In this document: in pieces, positions 8,407-17,824 of the stretch
How positions within the stretch are numbered: position 1 is the stretch's first letter
Layout of the letters: the number at the start of each line of letters is the position of its first letter
NCBI GenBank assembly: GCA_902533075.1
Contig: CACAKN010000003.1
Coordinates: forward strand, 11,731-75,730
Reading direction: 5' to 3'
Source: an uncultured Pelagibacteraceae bacterium
GTDB taxonomy: Bacteria > Pseudomonadota > Alphaproteobacteria > Pelagibacterales > Pelagibacteraceae
Length of the DNA: 64,000 bases
Position numbers and translations under genes: made by a program
Notes under the pieces: model-generated
Told to the model about the DNA's origin: nothing
Databases searched by the model: none
The model's input: only the letters and a program-made list of their open reading frames with translations

Positions 8407-8682
8407 ATGATCTTAAAGGGTTCAAAATTTCAATTAAAAGTCTGGAAATACCTAAAAAAAATACCAAAAGGTAAGGTAAAAACTTATAAACAGGTGGCTA
8501 TTAGCATAAAAAGCCCTAACTCAGCTCGTGCTGTTGCTAATGCTTGTGCTAAAAACCCATATGCTCCAAAAATACCCTGTCATAGAGTGATTAGATCAGA
8601 TGGAGGTCTTGGAGGCTACTCTGGGAGAGGTGGAATTAAGCAAAAACTCAAATTACTTAGATCTGAAAAGGTAGCGATTTAG
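8407..8682 (+). CDS. ogt: Methylated-DNA-protein-cysteine methyltransferase (single domain, 91 aa)
   Basis: FQLKVW, IPKG-x3-TY, ARAVANAC, PCHRV active site; ATG 8407 preferred over track start 8347, which lies inside the RNA hairpins. Confidence 0.88.
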   Translation: MILKGSKFQLKVWKYLKKIPKGKVKTYKQVAISIKSPNSARAVANACAKNPYAPKIPCHRVIRSDGGLGGYSGRGGIKQKLKLLRSEKVAI

Positions 8683-9134
8683 CCCTATTTTATTGCTTTT
8701 TTACATTAAAAAAATCAGTAAAATCAACATTTTTTGATCTTTTTAATTGATTTCTTGTAAATTAACAAATTTCACCCTTTAGTTGTACCATATATGACCC
8801 TATCACTAAAATAGACCCCTCTATGGCCGTTTAAAAGGTATATTCAATTAGTGCATCACTCTACTATTTAACTATATCAACATTTTTAGACCATTCTATT
8901 TTTCAATCAATTTCATATTTGGTATGTTTAAAAAAGCTTGATTTTATTGGTTTTTTTTAAAATTTTTCATTATTTTGGAAAAACTAGGAACCTATTATAA
9001 TGATTATATCTATTTGTATTCTAAATAAGAATTATATTTATAATACTCAATATTATAAAAAGTCTAATAAAAACAATAGTTTAAATTAAATACTTAATGT
9101 AATACTTTATATTTTAGTAAATAAATAATACCTA

Positions 9135-9986
9135 TTATTTTACTTTTTGAACTAATTGCTCTCTTCTAGAGATATAGATGCCACTTAATACAATAATAAA
9201 TAATCCTAGGAAAGTCCAATTATCTGGGAAATCACTAAAGAAATAATAGCCTATAATGATGTTTGTAATGATTTCAAAGTAGCTAAATGGAGCTAATTTA
9301 GAAACATCAGCATATTTGAGAGACAATATTAGGAATAAATGACCTATACAAGCAAATATACCTATGGCAGCCATCATAGACCACTGATTTAAGCTAGGCT
9401 TAACCCACACAAAAGGCATTACGACAGATATTATTATGGCCCCTACTACACCAGTTAATAACAAAGTTAATAAGGGATTATCTGAAGTGCTAAGTTTACG
9501 AGTAATAATTAAATAAAATCCATACATAACACCTGTGCCAAGTGCAGCTAAACTTGCTAAATTAATTTCTACAAATCCTGGTCTTATAACTACTAAAGAA
9601 CCTACAAATCCAATAATTACTGCTGCCCATCTTCTAAAACCAACTTTTTCTTTTAAAAATATTGGTGAAAAAGCGGTAACAATTAATGGAGCAATAAATG
9701 CTAAGGTTAACGCCTTAGCCAAAGATATGACTGATATTGCATAAAAAAAACAAATATTTGCACAGAGTAATATTAATCCTCTAATAAACTGTAATTTAGG
9801 TTTGTCAGTCCAAACTAAATTTTGCCTAAAAAAGAAAAACATAATCGGAAGAGTAAAAGCAACAGTAAAAAAATATCTTGCCCAAGTAATTTGTAAAACT
9901 GGTAAATCTGCACTTAAATATTTTGCAAATCCATCCATAATTGGAAGCATTATCCAAGCTAATAAATTAAAAGTTATAGCCTTCAT
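9135..9986 (-). CDS. DMT/EamA family transporter
   Basis: About 10 TM, duplicated EamA pattern (FLKEKVG-x-RRW, SKLAPFSY). Confidence 0.85.
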   Translation of the reverse strand: MKAITFNLLAWIMLPIMDGFAKYLSADLPVLQITWARYFFTVAFTLPIMFFFFRQNLVWTDKPKLQFIRGLILLCANICFFYAISVISLAKALTLAFIAPLIVTAFSPIFLKEKVGFRRWAAVIIGFVGSLVVIRPGFVEINLASLAALGTGVMYGFYLIITRKLSTSDNPLLTLLLTGVVGAIIISVVMPFVWVKPSLNQWSMMAAIGIFACIGHLFLILSLKYADVSKLAPFSYFEIITNIIIGYYFFSDFPDNWTFLGLFIIVLSGIYISRREQLVQKVK

Positions 9987-10006
9987 CTATAGAAGAAGGA
10001 TATAGA

Positions 10007-10909
10007 TTAATTAAAGTATTTTAAAGCAAAGAATACGACTATCGGAACAGTTATAAATGACATAAGTGTTGAAACCACAATGGTACTAGCAACACTATCA
10101 ATAATCTTTTTTGGTGAATATATTGATGCTACAAGATAATTAAGAACTGCACTTGGCATTGAACATTGAATTAATAAAACACCAGCAGCAAATCCTTCTA
10201 GATTGAAATATAGGATTAATAAGTATCCTATTAAAGGACCGACGATTACTCGACCTATAGAAGAAAATATTGCTTTATTTAGTGAAAAAACCTTTAGTCT
10301 AGTTAAAGCAATTCCTAAAGACATCAATATCAGAAATATTGTTGCATACATTAATAGGAAAGTAGTATTTTCAACAAATCCTGGTAGTTCCAAATCGAAG
10401 TAAAGTAAAAATATAGCAATTATAATTGCATAAAAAGGAGGACTTTTAAGTATGACATTTAAACTAAATTTTCTATCAGCTAAAAATACCCCTAGTGTAA
10501 AGTGGCATAAAATAATTAATGCAGATATTGCTGCTGAAACACCAAGACCTTGTGAACCATAAGCAAATAAACATATCGGTAAGCCCATATTTCCAGTATT
10601 AGGCATTGTTAATGGAGGTAATTCTCTAATAATATCTTTCGTCTTTAAAAGGTATAATATTATTATGCCTGTAATCATGAACCCACATATCGCTAATGCG
10701 TAATACCAAAAATAACTAAGAAAAATATTGAATGAAATATTTACTGGGTTTAAAGCGTAAATAATCATTGCTGGAGTACCAACGTTAGCAGCAAAATTTG
10801 TAATAAAAGTTGTATCTATTTTTGGATTTTTTTTACCTAAATAATATCCTATACCAACAACAAAAAATACAGGAAATAAAACCTCAAAAAGTTTAATATA
10901 AATATCCAT
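10007..10909 (-). CDS. AEC (auxin efflux carrier) family transporter
   Basis: NTGNMGLP, QCSMPSAV, multi-TM. Confidence 0.85.
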   Translation of the reverse strand: MDIYIKLFEVLFPVFFVVGIGYYLGKKNPKIDTTFITNFAANVGTPAMIIYALNPVNISFNIFLSYFWYYALAICGFMITGIIILYLLKTKDIIRELPPLTMPNTGNMGLPICLFAYGSQGLGVSAAISALIILCHFTLGVFLADRKFSLNVILKSPPFYAIIIAIFLLYFDLELPGFVENTTFLLMYATIFLILMSLGIALTRLKVFSLNKAIFSSIGRVIVGPLIGYLLILYFNLEGFAAGVLLIQCSMPSAVLNYLVASIYSPKKIIDSVASTIVVSTLMSFITVPIVVFFALKYFN

Positions 10910-12210
10910 TAATTATATAGTCTAATTAACGTTGGAAATTTAAGAATATTTCTATTTTTTTTAAATATTGATAAACAGTTTCTTGCATTTATTTCTGAAG
11001 TTTTATGAGTAATAATTACAATTGTTGCTTTTTTACTCTTTTTATCAGGTGTTTGTATTATTCTTTTAACTGAAATTTTATATTTAGCTAATCTATTTGT
11101 AATTAATGAAAGAACGCCCTGTTTGTCTTTAACATTAAATCTAAGGTATAAAGAGTTTGTATAATTGTCATTATTAAATGGTTTAATTTTCTTCCTTTTA
11201 TTAGAAGAAATACCAAAAGGATATTTAGTATTACCCCTTAAGATAGATAATAAGTCAGATAATAAAGAGGAAGAAGTTGGTCCAGGTCCAGCTCCTTCAC
11301 CTTGTAAAATACTCTCCCCTACTGGTTCACCTTCAGTAATAACTGCATTCATTACGCCATTTACATTACCGATATAAGTATTTTTACTAACTAAACATGG
11401 ATGTACGGTTTCAAATAATTGACCATCAATAATTTCTGAAATTCCAAGTAATTTAACTCTTAGGTCTAATTGATTAGCAATTTTAATATCTTCTAGTTTA
11501 ATATTTTCAATGCCTTCCATAATACATTTACTCTTTGAAATTTTAGTATTAAACGAAAGAGCAGATAGAATCCTAATTTTGGCAAAAGCATCAAAACCGT
11601 TTAAATCTAGTTTTGGATTACCCGGTTCAGCATAACCAAGTTTTTGTGCTTTTTTTAAAACTTTATCAAAAGTTTCGTTACTATTTTCCATCTCAGATAA
11701 AATATAATTTGTTGTTCCATTAAGTATGCCATAAACTTTGTTAATTTTATTTGTGGCTAATCCTTCTTTTATAGTTTTGAGAATCGGTATTCCACCTGCA
11801 ACAGAAGCTTCAAATTCAAGATTAACTTTATTTTTTTCAGCTAGTCTAGCCAGTTGATCTCCATGTTTAGCTATCAATGCTTTGTTTGGAGTAATAACAT
11901 TTATTTTTTTTTTTAAAGCATTTTCAACTATTTTTTTTGAAATACCATCAGATTTACCAATTGACTCAAATAAAATATCAATTTTTTTTTTTTTTAAAAT
12001 ATCTAATGGATTAGAAAAAAAAATATTTTTATTAATATTAAAACGTCTTTTTTTATTTATATTTTTTGCAGATATAGCAACAATATTAATTCTTTTCCCA
12101 GTCTTTTTTTCTATTTCTCTCTTTTTGGTATTTAATTCATTATATAAATAAATACCGATTTGACCTAATCCAACAATTGCAATATTTATATTATTATTTA
12201 TTTTAATCAT
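10909..12210 (-). CDS. hom: Homoserine dehydrogenase
   Basis: GLGQIG, FEASVAGGIP, GILNGTTNYIL, C-terminal ACT domain. Confidence 0.95.
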   Translation of the reverse strand: MIKINNNINIAIVGLGQIGIYLYNELNTKKREIEKKTGKRINIVAISAKNINKKRRFNINKNIFFSNPLDILKKKKIDILFESIGKSDGISKKIVENALKKKINVITPNKALIAKHGDQLARLAEKNKVNLEFEASVAGGIPILKTIKEGLATNKINKVYGILNGTTNYILSEMENSNETFDKVLKKAQKLGYAEPGNPKLDLNGFDAFAKIRILSALSFNTKISKSKCIMEGIENIKLEDIKIANQLDLRVKLLGISEIIDGQLFETVHPCLVSKNTYIGNVNGVMNAVITEGEPVGESILQGEGAGPGPTSSSLLSDLLSILRGNTKYPFGISSNKRKKIKPFNNDNYTNSLYLRFNVKDKQGVLSLITNRLAKYKISVKRIIQTPDKKSKKATIVIITHKTSEINARNCLSIFKKNRNILKFPTLIRLYN

Positions 12211-12427
12211 CTATATCTGGATAAGAGCTTATTTTAGAATATTCTTCTATAAATATTTTATATTCGCTAAAATTCATTGAAAAAATATCATTTTGTTTTT
12301 TCATTATTTCATCTAATTGTTTCTTATAAACATTTTTTTTAATATTTTCTTCTGTCCAAAATTTGGAATTATTATTCAATGAACAATTTGTCAAAAAAAA
12401 AACTAGAATTATAAAAAATATTTTCAT
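12203..12427 (-). CDS. Hypothetical small lipoprotein
   Basis: Signal peptide with lipobox-like LTNC; overlaps argC stop and hom start. Confidence 0.6.
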   Translation of the reverse strand: MKIFFIILVFFLTNCSLNNNSKFWTEENIKKNVYKKQLDEIMKKQNDIFSMNFSEYKIFIEEYSKISSYPDIDD

Positions 12428-13446
12428 TTTAATCCTTCTGACTCATTAAAACCAAATTTCAAATTCATATTTTGTACTGCTTGTCCTGCACCACCCTTAA
12501 TAAGATTATCAATCGCAGACAAAATAATCATTTTATTTTTATATTTAGTTTTGCAAACTGAAATAAAACAATTATTACTATTAATAACTTCATTTGTACT
12601 TATAAAAGAATCACTATTTAAAACTTTAACAAATCTATTTTTTTTATGATAATCTTTCAAAATATCCTCAATTTTTTTACCTGATATTCCTTTCTTAAGA
12701 TCGATATAAATTGTGCTCAAAATACCTCTAAACATCGGTGATAGATGAGGTGTAAATAAAAAATTTATATTTGATTTAGTATGATTTTTTAACTCTTGGT
12801 CTATTTCTGAATTATGTCTATGAAAACCAACACCATAGGCACTTAAAGACTCATAAAGGTTTTTAGTTTTATATTTTTGATGGACATTTCTTCCAGCTCC
12901 AGAGTAACCTGACTTTGAATCTATAATGATTGTATTTTGATTAATTACTTTTTTTTTTATTAAAGGAATTAGTGGCAAAAGTATAGAAGTAGGATAACAG
13001 CCCGGACAACCTATTATATTAAAGTTTTTAACTTTCTCTTTAGTTATTTCTGGTAAGGCGTAAATACTTTTTTTAATATTCTTTACTGCCTTATGTTTTT
13101 GTTTATACCATTTATGATAATCGAGACTATTTTTGAGTCTAAAATCAGCTGCTAGATCTATGAGCGTATTTTTTTTAAGCAAATCATTTGAAATTTCTTG
13201 AGCTTCACCATTTGGAAGAGCTGTAAAAATAATGTCAACATTTTTTAGGTATTTTTTATTATATTTAGATATCTGAGGTAATTTTTTAGCTTTTAACGAA
13301 CTATCAAAAGATGATATATTTTTTCCAACAGAATTCTTTCCACATAAATATTTAATATTTATATTTTTGTGTTTAATTAATAATTTAATTAACTGAACAC
13401 CTATATAACCTGTTGATCCAGTAATTAATACATTTATCTTGTACAT
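12424..13446 (-). CDS. argC: N-acetyl-gamma-glutamyl-phosphate reductase
   Basis: GSTGYIG, PGCYPT, DNLIKGGAGQAVQNMN. Confidence 0.95.
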   Translation of the reverse strand: MYKINVLITGSTGYIGVQLIKLLIKHKNINIKYLCGKNSVGKNISSFDSSLKAKKLPQISKYNKKYLKNVDIIFTALPNGEAQEISNDLLKKNTLIDLAADFRLKNSLDYHKWYKQKHKAVKNIKKSIYALPEITKEKVKNFNIIGCPGCYPTSILLPLIPLIKKKVINQNTIIIDSKSGYSGAGRNVHQKYKTKNLYESLSAYGVGFHRHNSEIDQELKNHTKSNINFLFTPHLSPMFRGILSTIYIDLKKGISGKKIEDILKDYHKKNRFVKVLNSDSFISTNEVINSNNCFISVCKTKYKNKMIILSAIDNLIKGGAGQAVQNMNLKFGFNESEGLK

Positions 13447-13480
13447 TTTTATATTATAACAGTTAAAAGTTAAAAGAAAA

Positions 13481-13918
13481 TTATCTTTTAGAGAATTGGA
13501 AGCTTCTTCTAGCTTTTTTTCTTCCTGGTTTCTTTCTCTCTACCGCTCTAGAATCTCGGGTAGTTAATTTTTCTGATTTAAGTGTAGTTTTAAAATTTTG
13601 ATCGAATAAAACTAAAGCTTTTGAAATACCGTGAACCATAGCCCCAGCTTGTCCTGTAGGTCCACCACCCTTTACATTACATCTAACATCGTAGTCAGTT
13701 GGCTGATTAATTAATTCAAATGGTCTAACAATCTGCATTTTATGATTATCGCTTGAAAAATAATCTGTAAATAATTTGCCATTTACATATATTTTTCCAG
13801 ATCCTTTTTTTAACCAAACTTTAGCGATTGATGTTTTTCTTCTACCTGTAGCGTACTTACTGTCTTTGAAATCTAATTTTAGTTTTGGTGATTTTGTTAA
13901 TGTTTGTGTATTTTCCAT
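13481..13918 (-). CDS. rpsI: 30S ribosomal protein S9
   Basis: ATGRRKT, ERKKPG...QFSKR. Confidence 0.98.
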   Translation of the reverse strand: MENTQTLTKSPKLKLDFKDSKYATGRRKTSIAKVWLKKGSGKIYVNGKLFTDYFSSDNHKMQIVRPFELINQPTDYDVRCNVKGGGPTGQAGAMVHGISKALVLFDQNFKTTLKSEKLTTRDSRAVERKKPGRKKARRSFQFSKR

Positions 13919-13919
13919 A

Positions 13920-14378
13920 TTAATTTCTAGAAATATTTTTGTTATTTAATTTATTTAAATCTATAATTTTAGGATTTTGTGATGAGTGAGGATGGTCATT
14001 GCCAGTGTAAATCTTTAATTTAGTAAGTTGTTTTTTTCCCAAAACTCCGCCTGGTAACATTCTTTTGACTGCTAACTTCAAAACTTCACTGGGTTTTTTT
14101 TCATGAAGCTTTTCAGGTGTAGTTTCTTTGATACCACCTGGATACCCAGTATGTCGATAATATTTTTTATTTTGAAATTTTTTTCCAGTAAATTTTATTT
14201 GCTCAATATTTTTTACAACAACGAAATCACCATCATCCATATGTGGTGTATAAGTAGTTTTATTTTTGCCTCTAATAATTTTTGAAATTATAGTTGCTAA
14301 TCTTCCAACAACTGCATTTTTAGCATCAATTTCAAACCATGATGATGAAAGTTCGTCTTTTTTAAGAAATTTTGTCAT
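13920..14378 (-). CDS. rplM: 50S ribosomal protein L13
   Basis: GRLA, YTPHMDDGD, YYRHTGYPGG. Confidence 0.98.
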   Translation of the reverse strand: MTKFLKKDELSSSWFEIDAKNAVVGRLATIISKIIRGKNKTTYTPHMDDGDFVVVKNIEQIKFTGKKFQNKKYYRHTGYPGGIKETTPEKLHEKKPSEVLKLAVKRMLPGGVLGKKQLTKLKIYTGNDHPHSSQNPKIIDLNKLNNKNISRN

Positions 14379-14462
14379 TGTGCGAGGATTAATACTATTA
14401 ATAACTATAAAGTCAAATTGATATTTATGTTGTTTTATAATGTTATTTTGATATATTAGAAG

Positions 14463-14506
14463 TTGCCGATTTCTTCCTATTGCGGGCTAGTACAGCTAAA
14501 ATGGAA
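14463..14506 (+). promoter_or_regulatory. Putative upstream SAM-II/SAM-V-clan aptamer
   Basis: GCC-GATTT-c-TTCC-TATTGC-g-GGC...GCTAAAAT-GGAA matches the SAM-II H-pseudoknot layout. Confidence 0.55.
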
Positions 14507-14525
14507 TTTTCTAAACACAATCGGT

Positions 14526-14580
14526 AGGTATTTGAACTATATTGTGCGCCTTGCATTAAGCAAAAGCACTAAAAAAGGAG
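14526..14580 (+). promoter_or_regulatory. SAM-V riboswitch ahead of metY
   Basis: AGGT-ATTTGAACTATATTGTGC-GCCT-TGCATTAAGCAA-AAGCACTAAAAAAGGAG; GTGC/GCAC pseudoknot adjoining the RBS. Confidence 0.88.
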
Positions 14581-14584
14581 TAAT

Positions 14585-15913
14585 ATGAGTAAAAAAAGAA
14601 ATAACCCTGAAACTATAGCTATCCATGGCGGAGACTATAGAAGTGATCCGGCTACTAATGCAGTTGCAGTTCCTATTTACAGAACTACTTCATATCAGTT
14701 TCAAAGTACTGAGCACGCTGCAAATCTTTTTGCATTAAAAGAGTTTGGAAACATTTACACTAGAATAATGAATCCAACTAATGATGTTCTTGAAAAAAGA
14801 ATTGCAGCTTTAGAAGGTGGATTATCTTGCTTGACAGTATCTTCGGGCCAAACTGCTTCAACTTTTTCTATATTAAATGTAGCACAAGCTGGAGATAACA
14901 TTGTTAGTTCTACTGATCTTTATGGAGGAACTGTATCATTATTTACACATACTTTAAGTAAACTTGGTATTGAAATTAGATATGCAGATCCAATAGATCC
15001 AAAAAACTTTGAAAAACTAATAGATAAAAAAACTAGGGCTTTTTATGGTGAGACATTACCTAATCCTTACTTAAGAGTTTTTCCCATTAAAGAAGTTTCG
15101 GATATAGGTAGAAAATATAATATACCACTAATAATGGATAACACTGCATCACCTGTAATTTGTAAACCAATTGAACATGGTGCTGCTGTCGTAATTCATT
15201 CTTTAACCAAATATATTGGAGGTCATGGAACAGCAGTAGCTGGTAGTATTGTGGACAGTGGAAATTTTGATTGGACTGCTGACCCTGAAAGACAACCTTT
15301 GTTTAATGAACCCGATGCTAGTTACGGTGGAGCCATTTGGGGAAAAGTAGTACCTGAACTTACAGGTGCAAATGTTCCATTTGCTGTAAGAGCAAGAGTA
15401 TGTTTATTAAGAGATCTTGGCTCAGCATTAGCGCCAGATAATGCTTTTTCAATAATTCAAGGCCTTGAAACTGTAGCATTAAGAATGAAAAAACATTGTG
15501 AAAATGCTGAACAAGTTGTTAACTTTTTAAAAAAACGTAAAGAAGTTACAAAAGTTATCTATTCTACTGAGCATGATAAAAAGATATCTGATCGAACAAA
15601 ACAATACTTAAATGGTGGAAATGGTCCTATGGTTGGAATTGAGCTTAAAGGTGGAATTGAAGCTGGTAAAAAGTTTATTGAGTCTTTGAAAATGTTTTAC
15701 CATGTAGCGAACATTGGAGATGTTCGTAGTTTAGCAATTCATCCAGCAAGTACAACTCACAGTCAACTTAATGAAAAAGAATTGGCTGCTTCTGGTGTTA
15801 CTCAAAGTTATGTTAGGCTTTGTATAGGTATCGAGCATATAGATGATATTATTGATGATTTAGATCAAGCTTTAAATAAATCTTCAAAAGGAAACTTAAA
15901 AGCTGTTAGCTAA
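14585..15913 (+). CDS. metY: O-acetylhomoserine aminocarboxypropyltransferase
   Basis: GNIYTRIMNPT, HSLTKYIGGHG (PLP Lys), HPASTTHSQL. Confidence 0.95.
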   Translation: MSKKRNNPETIAIHGGDYRSDPATNAVAVPIYRTTSYQFQSTEHAANLFALKEFGNIYTRIMNPTNDVLEKRIAALEGGLSCLTVSSGQTASTFSILNVAQAGDNIVSSTDLYGGTVSLFTHTLSKLGIEIRYADPIDPKNFEKLIDKKTRAFYGETLPNPYLRVFPIKEVSDIGRKYNIPLIMDNTASPVICKPIEHGAAVVIHSLTKYIGGHGTAVAGSIVDSGNFDWTADPERQPLFNEPDASYGGAIWGKVVPELTGANVPFAVRARVCLLRDLGSALAPDNAFSIIQGLETVALRMKKHCENAEQVVNFLKKRKEVTKVIYSTEHDKKISDRTKQYLNGGNGPMVGIELKGGIEAGKKFIESLKMFYHVANIGDVRSLAIHPASTTHSQLNEKELAASGVTQSYVRLCIGIEHIDDIIDDLDQALNKSSKGNLKAVS

Positions 15914-16922
15914 ATTTCGTATTTATATAGAAAAAATAAATACATGAAGTAACTAAAAAAATTGAACTTATTTGGTGCATAGAAGCAATATAGATCTGTG
16001 CACCATAAACTACTGTAAAAATACCTAAAAGAATTTGCAAAAATATAAAGAGACCTAAAATGTTAATTGATCTATACAAATCATACATTTTTTTTTTATA
16101 AATTCTGTAAAAGATAAGCAAATAAGAGACACCAATTAGATATGCTAAGTTTCTATGTAAGAATTGCACTAAGGATGGGTCATTAAAAACTGATAATTTA
16201 AACAAATTTGTAAAATTATTATCATCAGGAAAATATGTATTTCCCATGAAGGGCCATGAGTTATAAATTTTACCTGCATCCATACCAGATACAAAAGCAC
16301 CGATTACAATTTGTATAAATACTAAAACTAAAAATATAAAAGGGATAACCGGATTAATTTTAACTAATCCATTAATTTTAATATTAATCTTTAAATAAGT
16401 CCAAAAAATCAAAGATAGAATCAAAAAAGCTATTAATAAATGAACAGAAAGTCTAAAATGACTTACGTCAACTCTACCAACTAAGCCACTACTAACCATA
16501 TACCATCCCATAAATCCCTGAAAACATATTAATAAAAAGATTAAATATAAATTTAATAATTTTGACATTTTTATTTTGAAAGAAAAATAAATTAATGGAA
16601 TTAAAAAACTAATTCCAATTAATCTACCTAAAAAACGATGAGCCCATTCCCACCAAAAGATTATTTTAAATTCCTTCATGGTCATATTATAATTTTGTAA
16701 TTTGTATTCTGGAATTTCTTTATATAATTCAAAATAATTTACCCAATCTTTTTGATTTAAAGGAGGTAATATACCTGTAAATAATTGCCATTTTGTTATA
16801 GAGAGACCAGAGTCGGTTAATCTAGTTAAACCACCGACCACTATCATTATTGATACGATCAAAAACATTGAGATTAACCAAATTGATAATTGATTATTAA
16901 TTTTTGTATTTACTGTATACAT
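15906..16922 (-). CDS. ctaA: Heme A synthase (COX15/CtaA)
   Basis: VGGLTRLTDSGLSI, WEWAHR. Confidence 0.93.
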   Translation of the reverse strand: MYTVNTKINNQLSIWLISMFLIVSIMIVVGGLTRLTDSGLSITKWQLFTGILPPLNQKDWVNYFELYKEIPEYKLQNYNMTMKEFKIIFWWEWAHRFLGRLIGISFLIPLIYFSFKIKMSKLLNLYLIFLLICFQGFMGWYMVSSGLVGRVDVSHFRLSVHLLIAFLILSLIFWTYLKINIKINGLVKINPVIPFIFLVLVFIQIVIGAFVSGMDAGKIYNSWPFMGNTYFPDDNNFTNLFKLSVFNDPSLVQFLHRNLAYLIGVSYLLIFYRIYKKKMYDLYRSINILGLFIFLQILLGIFTVVYGAQIYIASMHQISSIFLVTSCIYFFYINTKFS

Positions 16923-16965
16923 AGTGGGATAAATATAATAATTTTTTAAATATCCAAATATATAA

Positions 16966-17256
16966 ATGTCGCCATTTAAAAGAAAAAAACTTAGTAAAAT
17001 TCGTTTTCAATTAGATAAATTAGACGATTCCCTAATAAAGGTAATAAAAAAAAGAACAAATTTAGTTAAGAAAGTTTTAGCGTTAAAAGAAAATAAAAAT
17101 CAAATTATTGATCAAAAGAGAATTAAAACGATATTAAAGAACATAAGAAAAAAATCTTTAAGAAATAATATTGATCCTAAAATAACTAATCGAATCTGGA
17201 AAAATATGATTTGGTCTTATATAGATTTTGAAAAAAGGAATTTTAAGAAAAAATAA
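16966..17256 (+). CDS. Chorismate mutase (AroQ type)
   Basis: IR-x-QLDKLD...KR...K...D-x2-R pattern. Confidence 0.8.
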   Translation: MSPFKRKKLSKIRFQLDKLDDSLIKVIKKRTNLVKKVLALKENKNQIIDQKRIKTILKNIRKKSLRNNIDPKITNRIWKNMIWSYIDFEKRNFKKK

Positions 17257-17448
17257 TTACTTACTATGTGGAGGTAATTTTTTCTCAACAAATAATTCGT
17301 GTTTACGAGTTGCGGGATTATATTTTTTTGCTTTTAACTTAATTTTTGCTTTTTCACCACCCGCGGGTTTTTTTACATAATAAAAAAAAGGACTGTCAGG
17401 CTTAGACTCTGGTACTAATCTTACTTTAATATGTGTTTTTTTTGCCAT
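17257..17448 (-). CDS. rpmG: 50S ribosomal protein L33
   Basis: MAKK...KL-x-AKKYNPATRKHELFVEKK. Confidence 0.88.
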   Translation of the reverse strand: MAKKTHIKVRLVPESKPDSPFFYYVKKPAGGEKAKIKLKAKKYNPATRKHELFVEKKLPPHSK

Positions 17449-17449
17449 T

Positions 17450-17824
17450 CTATTTTATATTTTTAATTTTTTTTACTATATCAGATATATTTTTTATTTT
17501 ATCTAATAATTTATTTGCATTTATAGAATGATTTAAATTTTCGTCAAGTTTTAAAGGCTCATGATTATTTAAAAGTTTTTTAACTCCATTTATTGTCATA
17601 CCTTGTTCTTTCAAAAGGAAGTGTACCTTTTTTATTAATTTAATGTTTTTTTCGTCATAGTATCTACGATTACCACTTAGAATTTTTGGCTTAATTTGTT
17701 TAAATTCTTTCTCCCAAAAACGTATTGTGTGAGTAGGTAAATTTTTTCCTCGTCTTGTTTTTAAACCAAGTATTTTTACAACCTCACCAATAGTTTTATA
17801 AGCCTCGCGTGATTTATGAGTCAT
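17450..17824 (-). CDS. MerR-family transcriptional regulator
   Basis: TIGEV...HTIRFWEKEF...RRYY; usual position after ihfA. Confidence 0.88.
   Translation of the reverse strand: MTHKSREAYKTIGEVVKILGLKTRRGKNLPTHTIRFWEKEFKQIKPKILSGNRRYYDEKNIKLIKKVHFLLKEQGMTINGVKKLLNNHEPLKLDENLNHSINANKLLDKIKNISDIVKKIKNIK

Noticed and set aside
8247-8474. 75-aa ORF over the structured RNA
   Set aside because: TTG start, overlaps ogt out of frame, no recognisable motif; better explained by the GC-rich hairpins.
339-8992. tRNA-Glu...integrase as a classic integrated island or prophage
   Set aside because: No convincing duplication of the tRNA 3' end (only CTAGGAACC at 8984-8992 versus CTAGGGACC); no phage or conjugation genes; the recombinase has its own palindromic site instead.
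8127-9134. Replication origin
   Set aside because: Only two imperfect DnaA boxes, no dnaA/hemE/gidA/parAB context, and gene orientation converges here rather than diverging.
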